40,360 bases of DNA from an uncultured Candidatus Peribacteria bacterium (GTDB lineage: Bacteria; Patescibacteriota; Gracilibacteria; Peribacterales; Peribacteraceae), in the NCBI GenBank assembly GCA_964348685.1, contig CAYGDM010000001.1, positions 1 to 40,360 on the forward strand, given 5' to 3'. Position 1 is the stretch's first letter, and each line of letters starts with the position of its first letter. The notes beneath the pieces were generated by a model. It saw only the letters and a list, made by a program, of their open reading frames with translations, was not told where the DNA came from and did not search any database. Made by a program: the position numbers and the translations under genes. This document shows positions 1 to 7,862 of the stretch, piece after piece.

Positions 1-59
1 GTGGCAAAGTGTGTTCAGTCCATTCACATCACTGCCCACGTAATCGAGAGAGAAAAACT

Positions 60-395
60 ATGTTGATGTACATCGAACAATTCCACAACAGCCGCAACGC
101 CACCGTGCACCTCGTCGGCACCGATGACCGAAAGGACGGCATCTCCGGGCCGCACGATGACGAACTCACGCGGAGGAACGGGCCTACATACGTGGCTTTC
201 GACGAACGGTACGAGGATGGCGCGCGGCAAACGCTCAACGCCCTCCTCGGAATCCCCGCGTTCCGCACGGTGCTCGAAGCGATGTTGAACGACGCGATAG
301 ACCTCTATCACGACGGCAAGCAAAACGCGACGAACATCGAGCGGGAACAACGCGACCGCGCCCGAAGGCTGCGTAGGAAATCCCAACAATTCTGA
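60..395 (+). CDS. hypothetical protein (111 aa from ATG 60; track ORF begins at GTG 9)
   Basis: Only coherent + strand ORF here. Its Arg-rich C-terminal tail matches no family I recognise. The start codon is uncertain. Confidence 0.35.
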   Translation: MLMYIEQFHNSRNATVHLVGTDDRKDGISGPHDDELTRRNGPTYVAFDERYEDGARQTLNALLGIPAFRTVLEAMLNDAIDLYHDGKQNATNIEREQRDRARRLRRKSQQF

Positions 396-499
396 CTACG
401 TCAGACGCCTCACCAGCCGAAGCGGTGCGACCAAATCACGTCGTAAAACTGTGTCGTAATTCCGGGGGGTAGCTCCCCGGCGCGTCACGAGCGGCCACC

Positions 500-823
500 G
501 TGGAACCTGTTTCGAACACCAACCATAGGGAATCTAACGTGCTTATTATCAGAACCATCAACAACTCCCGCCGCGAAACCAAGGCAACAATCACCATTGT
601 ATTACACGACGACATCGACAGGGCGAGGGAGAGTCTTCGATATAAAAATCTAACCATCCTCAATTACGAAATTGTGAACACGGACACGTTGCAAGAAAAC
701 GATGCGGACCCGGACGTTCGGCTCGCATTCAAAAAATTATCGTCCTGGGCCGAATTCGAATGCTTCCGTCTCGCACTCGAACTGTGCATCCAAGCGACAC
801 TCTCATTCGATCTGAAACCATGA
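500..823 (+). CDS. hypothetical small protein (107 aa; alternative GTG start at 539 preceded by AGGGA 7 nt upstream)
   Basis: ORF followed 12 nt later by a clean intrinsic terminator on the same strand. Lower GC than its neighbours (hand counts 45% at 601-660, 50% at 661-720). No recognisable motif. Confidence 0.45.
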   Translation: MEPVSNTNHRESNVLIIRTINNSRRETKATITIVLHDDIDRARESLRYKNLTILNYEIVNTDTLQENDADPDVRLAFKKLSSWAEFECFRLALELCIQATLSFDLKP

Positions 824-834
824 AAGGAGACCTT

Positions 835-862
835 ACCCCTGTCGGCAACAGCAGGGGTTTTT
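835..862 (+). terminator. rho-independent terminator
   Basis: Stem ACCCCTG (835-841) pairs with CAGGGGT (852-858) around a 10-nt loop. A T run (858-862) follows directly. Confidence 0.55.
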
Positions 863-863
863 C

Positions 864-1823
864 TTATGCCACCGATAGCAACAACGCCTTCGCCTCCTGC
901 AATTTCTCGACGCGCACCAGTTTGCTGCGCAAATCCGACGCGCCGTCGAACCCCTTCACGTAGCTGCTCAGATGCCGGCGCATTTCGAGCATCCCGAGGC
1001 GCTCGCCTTTGATCGCAACCGAGAGTTCGCAGTGCTCGAGAATCATCGGGAGTTTTTCCGCGTAGGTCTTCGGGACCTGCGGCGCGGCCTTGCCCGCGAA
1101 GGCATCGCAGATTTCCGCCATCACCCACGGGTTGCCGAACGTCCCGCGGCCGACCATCACGCCATCGAGGTTGCCGATCTTGTCGAGCGCGTCCTGCGCA
1201 CTGTTCACATCGCCGTTGCCGATCACCGGCACCTTCACGGCCTTCTTGAGCTCGTAGATTTGGCTCCAGTCGGCCTTTCCCGTGAATTTGTCGCAGTAGC
1301 GGCGGCCATGGATCGCGAACGCGTCGGCACCCGCTTCTTCAAGCCCTTTGCAAAAAGCGATGAGCGTGTCGGCCGTGTCCCACCCCAGGCGCGTCTTCAC
1401 CGAGACCGGGATCTTCACCGCCTTCTTCGTGGCGTGCACGAGTTCGGCCGCGAGCTTCGGGTTCTTGATGAGCGCCGCACCGTGGCAGCTCGAGACAACC
1501 TTCGCCGCAGGACAGCCCATGTTGATGTCGATGCCGTCGGCGCCGATGTCCTCGATGATCTTCGCCGCCGCGAGGAAATGCTCCGGCGTATCACCGAAAA
1601 TCTGCACGATGAACGGCCGCTCGATCGACGCGTCGAACGAGAGCATCTCCATCGTACGCTTCGCGCCGTACGCGAGGGCATCCGAACTGAGGAATTCCGT
1701 CACGACGATCACCCCCGGCGCGATCTTCTTGATGAGCTGCCGGTACGACGCGTCCGTCACGCCGGCCATCGGGGCGAGCGCGACCATGGGACGGGCCGCT
1801 GTTTCCCAGGTGAAATTGGTCAT
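864..1823 (-). CDS. dus: tRNA-dihydrouridine synthase (Dus family, FMN TIM barrel)
   Basis: Family hallmarks in the translation: LAPMAGVTD, GIDINMGCP (catalytic Cys), PVSVKTRLGW, AFAIHGR. Starts at ATG 1823. Confidence 0.9.
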   Translation of the reverse strand: MTNFTWETAARPMVALAPMAGVTDASYRQLIKKIAPGVIVVTEFLSSDALAYGAKRTMEMLSFDASIERPFIVQIFGDTPEHFLAAAKIIEDIGADGIDINMGCPAAKVVSSCHGAALIKNPKLAAELVHATKKAVKIPVSVKTRLGWDTADTLIAFCKGLEEAGADAFAIHGRRYCDKFTGKADWSQIYELKKAVKVPVIGNGDVNSAQDALDKIGNLDGVMVGRGTFGNPWVMAEICDAFAGKAAPQVPKTYAEKLPMILEHCELSVAIKGERLGMLEMRRHLSSYVKGFDGASDLRSKLVRVEKLQEAKALLLSVA

Positions 1824-1911
1824 ATATCTACACCACAGAATAGCGTGGTTGCGAGCCGAAACGAAGTGGCTCCAGTAGCGGGCATCCTACGCGTCCAGCC
1901 ACACTGTGGCC

Positions 1912-2259
1912 ATGCGTTTCGCCGCCCTTCTCTTCATCGCCCTTCTGCCCGCTTCGGCCTCGGCCCAGCAGTTCGGCGTCATCATGAGTGACCTTACGGG
2001 CTGCGATTTCGTCACGGGCAAGCTCGATGCTGCGTGCATCCCCGTGTTCATCGGCCACCTCGTGCAGCTCATCATGGCATTGGTCGGCACGATCTTCGTC
2101 ATCAACGTCATGATCGGCGGCTACCAGTATGCGATCGGAACGCTCGACGGCGACCAGGGCAAGGGAAAAGACCGCATTTACTGGTCTATCATCGGACTCA
2201 TCGTCACGTCGTGCGCGTACCTGATCCTCGATCTCGTCCTCACGGTCATCGGACTCTGA
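1912..2259 (+). CDS. TrbC/VirB2-like type IV secretion pilin-like small membrane protein (ATG 1912; track start GTG 1906)
   Basis: Signal peptide MRFAALLFIALLPASASA|QQ, then two long hydrophobic helices separated by a short charged loop (DGDQGKGKDR). At about 115 aa this is the VirB2/TrbC layout. Confidence 0.6.
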   Translation: MRFAALLFIALLPASASAQQFGVIMSDLTGCDFVTGKLDAACIPVFIGHLVQLIMALVGTIFVINVMIGGYQYAIGTLDGDQGKGKDRIYWSIIGLIVTSCAYLILDLVLTVIGL

Positions 2260-2284
2260 TCCGACGATCCCCCCTTACTCTCTT

Positions 2285-3553
2285 ATGGCTCAACGCAAAA
2301 AGTCCGACGAAGCATTTACGTCGTTTCGGGTACTGGGTAAAAAAGCCCAAGACCTGATCCAGCGCGCATCGAGCGAGCTGCAGAAACGGAGGAAGAAAGA
2401 AGAAACGAGCGACGCTCCCGCGGGCGCGGACAACGATTCGTCACAAATCCTCACCGTCGCGTTCTCGCCGTGGTCGATCCTACAAGCAACGCTCGTCGTC
2501 GTGGCGGTCGCGCTCGGGCTTGTGCTGCTCGTGTGGCTGCGCAACGTCATCATCTTGCTCCTCCTCGGCTTCTTCGTTGCCGCCGTCATCGATCCGGGCA
2601 TCCGCATGATGGAACGGTGGAACATCCCGCGGGGCATCGGCATCCTTATCCACTACGTGTTCGCACTGCTCGTGTTCGTATTCCTGATGATCTCGCTCAT
2701 TCCGATCATCGCCGAACAGCTCCAACAGATCGCGTTCCTCATCAACACGCAGGTGAACCTCTTCCTCGCGAACCCGGACTTCAGCTGGCTACCGCTCGTC
2801 TCGGCCGATGTGCAGGCGCAATTGGCCGACGTGGTGCAAGCGACGCTCCGCAACCTGTCGATCAACAGCTTCACCGAAGCGCTCCAGAGCCTGGGCGACA
2901 ACATGTCGTCCGTGGGCGTCGGCAGCGTACTCTTCGTCACGAGCTTGGCCGGTTCCGTCGCAGGCTTCTTCGCGCAGCTCATCATCGTCCTCGTTCTTGC
3001 GTTCTTCATCCAGATGGAGCGCGAACACATCCGCCAGTGGGTGCGCGGCTTCCTCGGCACGCGCGGCCGCCTGTACTTGGACGACAAAACAGAAGCCGTC
3101 CACCACAAGATCGGCCAATGGGCGCGTGGCCAGCTGCTCCTTGGCTTCTGCATCGGCCTCCTTGTGTACATCGCGCTCCTCATCCTCGGCATGGAGGAAT
3201 ATGCCGCCACGCTCGCGGTGCTCGCGGGCTTCACCGAGTTCATCCCCTACATCGGTCCGTTCATCGCGGCGATCCCGGCCGTCCTCATCGGCGTCACGAC
3301 CGGCGGTTTCATGTGGGCGTTCTGGATCGCGGTCGTCTACTACGCCATTCAGTGGTGCGAAAATAACCTCCTCGTCCCGCTCATCATGCGCCGCGCCGTG
3401 GGCCTTTCGCCGATCGCAATCATCTTCGCGATGCTCTCCGGCCTCAGCTTCCCGCAAATCATCCACCCGATCCTCGGCCTGCTCCTCGCGGTACCCGTCA
3501 CGACGATCGTCACGATCTTCCTCGAAGACTGGCGCAAGAGAACGAGGCTTTGA
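2285..3553 (+). CDS. AI-2E family transporter (PerM/YhhT, UPF0118)
   Basis: Polytopic membrane protein. The C-terminal half carries the family signature stretch LAGFTEFIPYIGPFIAAIPAVLIG. Confidence 0.85.
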   Translation: MAQRKKSDEAFTSFRVLGKKAQDLIQRASSELQKRRKKEETSDAPAGADNDSSQILTVAFSPWSILQATLVVVAVALGLVLLVWLRNVIILLLLGFFVAAVIDPGIRMMERWNIPRGIGILIHYVFALLVFVFLMISLIPIIAEQLQQIAFLINTQVNLFLANPDFSWLPLVSADVQAQLADVVQATLRNLSINSFTEALQSLGDNMSSVGVGSVLFVTSLAGSVAGFFAQLIIVLVLAFFIQMEREHIRQWVRGFLGTRGRLYLDDKTEAVHHKIGQWARGQLLLGFCIGLLVYIALLILGMEEYAATLAVLAGFTEFIPYIGPFIAAIPAVLIGVTTGGFMWAFWIAVVYYAIQWCENNLLVPLIMRRAVGLSPIAIIFAMLSGLSFPQIIHPILGLLLAVPVTTIVTIFLEDWRKRTRL

Positions 3554-3584
3554 GATAGGTAAAACTAGTTTTCCACAGTGTTAC

Positions 3585-3619
3585 GCCACGCTTCATTCAA
3601 CGTGGCCAGGATTATTTTT
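3585..3619 (+). terminator. weak candidate terminator after the AI-2E gene
   Basis: Stem GCCACG (3585-3590) pairs with CGTGGC (3601-3606). A T-rich stretch ATTATTTTT follows. The stem is short. Confidence 0.3.
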
Positions 3620-3724
3620 GTACAATTTTTGTGCTCGTCATACAATACAAGACATGCAAACGAGGGCTCCTGTCACTCGTCCAACACACACTTCCCTGAT
3701 ATACTTTCCGGAACATTCGACAAA

Positions 3725-3751
3725 TTATCACTCTCCATGCTAGAGTGATAG
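3725..3751 (+). promoter_or_regulatory. CIRCE-like inverted repeat (HrcA-operator type) upstream of clpC
   Basis: TTATCACTC-N9-GAGTGATAG compared with the CIRCE consensus TTAGCACTC-N9-GAGTGCTAA. The N9 spacing is exact. It overlaps a possible TGCTAGAGT extended -10 (3738-3746) and lies 35 nt before ATG 3786. Confidence 0.55.
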
Positions 3752-3785
3752 CTGCGAACAGTTCCCCCTTATTCCTATCCGTCTT

Positions 3786-6377
3786 ATGCAACCCTTCGAC
3801 CGATTCACTCCGAACGCCAAACTCGCGCTGCAGATCGCCGAACAGGAGGCGAAGACGATGCAGAGCCAGTACATCGGCACCGAGCATCTCCTGCTCGGCC
3901 TCCTCTCGATCCCGAAGTCGCTCGCGTTCTCCATCTTCACCGGAGCCGGCGTGACGCTCGAAAACGTCCGCATTCTCCTGAAGGCGAGCAAGCTCTCGGC
4001 GCTCGAAGGCAAGCACGTGAAGCACGGCCTCTCGACGTTCCTCCACACGGTCATCGAGCAGGCAGTCGTCACCGCGCATAAGTTCCGCCATGCGAACGTG
4101 GGCACGGAGCATCTCCTCTATGCGCTCGTCTCGAGTGGCAAGAGCGGCGCGACCGTGATCCTCGAGAGCATGCAGGTCGACCCCGACGCCCTGAAGGTGC
4201 ACGTCGAAGAAATGTTCGGCCAAATCAGCACGTTCCGCCAGCAGAACAAGAGCGTCGAACAGTCGCTCGAGGCATTCTTCCAAGGGCTTCAGGGAGCCAT
4301 TTCCGGCATGCAGCCCGGCACGACCGGCGGCGAACCGGAAGGCCTGAAGAAGCGCCGCGCCGAGGGAAACAGCAAGACACCCGCGCTCGACTACTTCACC
4401 GACGACCTCGTGTCGAAAGCGAAGGAAGGAAAGATCGACCCGATCATAGGGCGCGATCCGGAGATCGAACGCGTCATCCACATCCTGAACCGCAAGACGA
4501 AGAACAACCCCGTGCTCATCGGCGAACCGGGCGTGGGTAAGACGGCGATCGTCGAAGGTCTCGCACAGCGCATCGCGACGGGCAAAGTCCCCGACTCGCT
4601 CAAGAACAAGACGGTGCTGGTCTTGAATCTCAGCTCGGTCGTGGCCGGCACGAAGTATCGTGGCGAATTCGAACAACGCTTCGACGACATCCTGAAGGAA
4701 GCCGCCGCGAGCGACCGGAACGTCATCCTCTTCATCGACGAATTACACACGGTCGTCGGCGCGGGCTCCGCGGAAGGATCGCTTGATGCAGCAAATATCT
4801 TGAAGCCCGCGCTCTCGCGCTCGGGCATCCAGGTCATCGGCGCCACAACGCTCGACGAGTACCGCACGATCGAAAAGGACCGCGCACTCGAGCGCCGCTT
4901 CCAGCAGATCCAAGTCGGCGAACCGACGATCGAAGACACGATCGAAATCCTCCGCGGGCTCAAGGGTTCGTTCGAGCACTTCCATCACCTCTCGATCTCT
5001 GATGAAGCACTCGAAGCGTCCGTCAGGTTGAGCAAGCGCTACATCACCGAGCGCTTCCTGCCCGACAAGGCGATCGACGTGCTCGATGAAACGATGGCCG
5101 GCAAGAGCCTGCAGCACGCCCGCGTGACGCCGGAGCTCGACCAGGTCGAGCAGAAACTCCAGCAGATCGCGGTGAAGCAGCAGGACGCCGTGAAGGACCA
5201 GAAGTACCACGCTGCGCTGAAGCTGAAGCAGGAGCAGCAGGAGCTGAAGGAAAAGCGCGATCGTCTCTTGGCCAACGCCGACGGCGACGTACGGACCCCC
5301 GTCTCGATCGACGCCGACGACATCGCCACGGTGATCGCCCGCATGACGGGCGTGCCGGTCCAAAAGCTCCTCAAGCCCGAGCAGAAGCGCCTCGCGAACC
5401 TCGAGCTCCACCTCAAGCAGCACGTCATCGGCCAGGACGACGCGATCAAGAAAGTCGCCCGCGCCATCCGCCGCTCCAGGGTCGGCATCGGCGACACGAA
5501 GCGCCCGATCGGCTCGTTCCTCTTCCTCGGACCCACCGGCGTCGGCAAGACCGAACTCGTCCGCACGCTCGCGCGCGAGGTCTTCCACCGCGAAGACGCG
5601 CTCATCAAAATCGACATGTCGGAGTTCATGGAACGCCACAACGTCTCGCGCCTCACGGGCACGACGGCGGGCTACGTGGGCTACGAGGAAGGTGGCCAGC
5701 TGACCGAAGCAGTCCGCCGCAAGCCGTACAGCGTCGTCCTCTTCGACGAAGTGGAGAAGGCCCACCCCGAATTCTTCAACGTCCTCCTCCAGATTTTGGA
5801 AGACGGCACGCTGACGGACGGAGCAGGCAAACAAGTCGACTTCAGGAACACCATCATCGTGATGACCTCTAACCTCGGCGCCGACGTGCTGACGAAGCAG
5901 GCGGCGAAGATCGGCTTCAAGACCGCGGACGAAGCAGTCGCCGAAGAAGAAGCATACGAAGCCAAACGCGAAGAAGTCCTCAAGACCTTGAAGGACAACC
6001 TGCGCCCGGAGTTCCTCAACCGTATCGACCACATCATCGTCTTCAACGCGCTGAACCAGCAGCACATTCGCAAGATCGTCGGCGTGCACCTTGAGGAACT
6101 TGAAAAGCGCCTCAAAGCGCAAGGCTACGACATCACGGTCGACGCGAAAGCCGTGAACCTCCTCGCCGAGAAGGGCTTCGACCCGGCGTACGGCGCGCGC
6201 CCCGTGCGTCGCATCATCCAGGAACGCATCGAAGACGAACTCGCCGAGCAGATCCTCAAGGGCATGTTCAAGCCCGGGGACCTCATCGAAGTCATCGCAA
6301 AGAACGACAACGACCTGGAATTCCTCCACGGCGAAAGGGCAAAGAAACAGCAGAAAGAGGCGGTTTCCGTGGCCTAA
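3786..6377 (+). CDS. clpC: ATP-dependent Clp protease ATP-binding subunit ClpC
   Basis: Two Clp_N repeats at the N-terminus. Walker A motifs GEPGVGKT and GPTGVGKT. A short UVR-like linker rather than the long ClpB M-domain. IGF loop (AAKIGFKT) for ClpP docking. Confidence 0.95.
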   Translation: MQPFDRFTPNAKLALQIAEQEAKTMQSQYIGTEHLLLGLLSIPKSLAFSIFTGAGVTLENVRILLKASKLSALEGKHVKHGLSTFLHTVIEQAVVTAHKFRHANVGTEHLLYALVSSGKSGATVILESMQVDPDALKVHVEEMFGQISTFRQQNKSVEQSLEAFFQGLQGAISGMQPGTTGGEPEGLKKRRAEGNSKTPALDYFTDDLVSKAKEGKIDPIIGRDPEIERVIHILNRKTKNNPVLIGEPGVGKTAIVEGLAQRIATGKVPDSLKNKTVLVLNLSSVVAGTKYRGEFEQRFDDILKEAAASDRNVILFIDELHTVVGAGSAEGSLDAANILKPALSRSGIQVIGATTLDEYRTIEKDRALERRFQQIQVGEPTIEDTIEILRGLKGSFEHFHHLSISDEALEASVRLSKRYITERFLPDKAIDVLDETMAGKSLQHARVTPELDQVEQKLQQIAVKQQDAVKDQKYHAALKLKQEQQELKEKRDRLLANADGDVRTPVSIDADDIATVIARMTGVPVQKLLKPEQKRLANLELHLKQHVIGQDDAIKKVARAIRRSRVGIGDTKRPIGSFLFLGPTGVGKTELVRTLAREVFHREDALIKIDMSEFMERHNVSRLTGTTAGYVGYEEGGQLTEAVRRKPYSVVLFDEVEKAHPEFFNVLLQILEDGTLTDGAGKQVDFRNTIIVMTSNLGADVLTKQAAKIGFKTADEAVAEEEAYEAKREEVLKTLKDNLRPEFLNRIDHIIVFNALNQQHIRKIVGVHLEELEKRLKAQGYDITVDAKAVNLLAEKGFDPAYGARPVRRIIQERIEDELAEQILKGMFKPGDLIEVIAKNDNDLEFLHGERAKKQQKEAVSVA

Positions 6378-6379
6378 AG

Positions 6380-6413
6380 GGTGTAGGGGCATAGCATGCT
6401 ATGCCCCTACACC
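6380..6413 (+). terminator. perfect 34-nt palindrome/hairpin 3 nt after the clpC stop (no U-tract)
   Basis: GGTGTAGGGGCATAGCA|TGCTATGCCCCTACACC has 17-nt perfectly complementary arms. It is followed by ATCCATATGGG, not a T run. Confidence 0.5.
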
Positions 6414-6440
6414 ATCCATATGGGAAAAATCCCCGTTTTC

Positions 6441-6449
6441 TGCTATAAT
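6441..6449 (+). promoter_or_regulatory. extended -10 promoter element TGCTATAAT
   Basis: Exact TGnTATAAT 27 nt upstream of ATG 6476. The same 9-mer recurs at 16560, 23443 and 29164 (minus strand). Confidence 0.5.
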
Positions 6450-6475
6450 TAAACGAAACCCCCACATAAAAACCA

Positions 6476-7126
6476 ATGCCCATCGAACCCGTCAAAATCC
6501 CGCAAAACGTCTACATCGAGGACCGCATCGTCGGTCCCCTGACGCTCCGCCAGATCATCATCTCGATGCTCGGCATCGGTTTCAGCTACGCCATCTGGGC
6601 GAGCATCGCGAAGGTCCAGGGGACCGTGCCACTCCCCCTTACGATCATCGTGTGGATTCCCGGCGCGCTCGCGGTCATCTTCTCGTTCGTGAAGATCAAC
6701 GACCTCTCGCTTGCGCATCTGTTGTTACTGCTGCTCGAACGCATGAACAAACCACAGACGCGCATCTACGGCCCGCGCCGCGGCCTCGCGGTGAGCTCAC
6801 GCAGTTTCAACGTCCCGACGGCGAACTCGAAGAAAGTCCTCGCGCAGAAACCGCAGGCCGAAGGCGAGATCGGCAAACTCAGCGCGTTCCTCGACCATGA
6901 AGGTGTCCGCCCCGCGAGCCACGACGAGCAGGAAACCCCGGACGCGCTCCCGCTTGAAGAAACCCTCATCGAACCGACGCAAGGATCGAACGTCCCGGTC
7001 CGCCCGGTGCAGAAAGGACGCATCACCGTCAGCCCGCTCCTCCAGGCAAACATCGAAGACCTTGAGGGAACGGACGGCCAAAAAGTGTTCCACGACATCT
7101 TCCACCCGCCAGCCTCCCATGCCTGA
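6476..7126 (+). CDS. PrgI family / VirB3-like membrane protein
   Basis: N-terminal VYIEDRIVGPLTLRQ followed by two TM helices, which is the PrgI (VirB3-like) layout. The C-terminal half is disordered and Pro/Glu-rich. The stop overlaps the next ATG (ATGCCTGA). Confidence 0.65.
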   Translation: MPIEPVKIPQNVYIEDRIVGPLTLRQIIISMLGIGFSYAIWASIAKVQGTVPLPLTIIVWIPGALAVIFSFVKINDLSLAHLLLLLLERMNKPQTRIYGPRRGLAVSSRSFNVPTANSKKVLAQKPQAEGEIGKLSAFLDHEGVRPASHDEQETPDALPLEETLIEPTQGSNVPVRPVQKGRITVSPLLQANIEDLEGTDGQKVFHDIFHPPASHA

Positions 7127-7826
7127 AAAAAATTCCGTACAGGCCCGCAAACGCCAGTCGCTCGCAACCACGCAGCGATTCCTCCCGATCGCCGAGATCC
7201 GGGGCAACGCGATGATGCTGAAAAACGGCGGCCTGCGCGCGGTGCTCGAAGTCGAGGCGCTGAACTTCAACCTCAAGAGCGAGACCGAACAGCAAGGTAT
7301 CGTGTCCGGCTACGGATCGTTCGTGAACTCGCTCAACTTCCCGATCCAGATCTCGATCCGCTCGACGAAGACGAACATCGATGAATACCTCAAGAAGGTG
7401 AAGGAATCGGGCAGCAAACAAAAGAGCCAGCTCCTGCGCGACCAGACCGACTCGTACGTCGCGTTCATGCAGAAGCTGATCGAAGTGGCCGACATCATGG
7501 AGAAACGCTTCTACGTCGTGATCCCACTCGACCACAGCGTCCGCAAGAAGACGATCGTTGAACAGTTCCTCGACTGGATGCACCTGGACGACACGCTCGG
7601 CAAAGCGACGACCCGCAATCGCGAATTCCCGGGGCTCATCAAGCAGCTCAACGAACGTTGCGAGCTCGTGCTCTCCGGCCTCACCAACATCGGCCTCCAC
7701 GCCAAGCGCCTCGACACGCGCGAACTCATCGAGTTGATGTACAAGGTCTACAACCCCAAAACGTCGCAGACAGAGAAGATTCCGGCGGACCTCGATTCGC
7801 TGAAGACCGAGAAAGCGACGCTGTAA
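7119..7826 (+). CDS. VirB4 (PrgJ/TcpF-type) N-terminal-domain-like protein with no ATPase domain (235 aa)
   Basis: QRFLPIAEIRGNAMMLKNGGLRAVLEVEALNFNLKSETEQQGIVSGYGSFVNSLNFPIQI matches the N-terminal pattern of Gram-positive-type VirB4 ATPases. No Walker A is present. The ORF stops at TAA 7824-7826 and the rpsA promoter follows. The track ORF start at 6897 is an out-of-context extension. Confidence 0.55.
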   Translation: MPEKNSVQARKRQSLATTQRFLPIAEIRGNAMMLKNGGLRAVLEVEALNFNLKSETEQQGIVSGYGSFVNSLNFPIQISIRSTKTNIDEYLKKVKESGSKQKSQLLRDQTDSYVAFMQKLIEVADIMEKRFYVVIPLDHSVRKKTIVEQFLDWMHLDDTLGKATTRNREFPGLIKQLNERCELVLSGLTNIGLHAKRLDTRELIELMYKVYNPKTSQTEKIPADLDSLKTEKATL

Positions 7827-7833
7827 GGACAAT

Positions 7834-7862
7834 TTGACTATTTCGCCCATGATCCGTAGATT
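7834..7862 (+). promoter_or_regulatory. sigma70-type promoter of rpsA (TTGACT-17 nt-TAGATT)
   Basis: -35 TTGACT at 7834-7839, a 17-nt spacer, and -10 TAGATT at 7857-7862. Confidence 0.55.

Noticed and set aside
2808-3743. 311-aa Ser/Arg-rich ORF in an alternative frame of the AI-2E transporter gene.
   Set aside because: It has extreme Ser/Arg/Ala composition and no structure-like features. The overlapping frame encodes a clean AI-2E family membrane protein. Only its last 29 codons (3654-3743) lie in intergenic DNA, and those are discussed separately as a possible uORF.
4743-6392. 549-aa minus-strand ORF antisense to clpC. Similar long antisense or alternative-frame ORFs: 972-1991, 3612-4676, 7029-7850, 8483-9223, 19120-19956, 33256-34197, 34517-35512, 35584-36714, 37875-39059.
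   Set aside because: Each lies entirely inside a gene with unmistakable family motifs on the other strand or frame. Their translations are Arg/Ala/Asp/Glu/Val/His-rich low-complexity strings with no motifs. This is the usual stop-codon-poor artefact of high-GC DNA.
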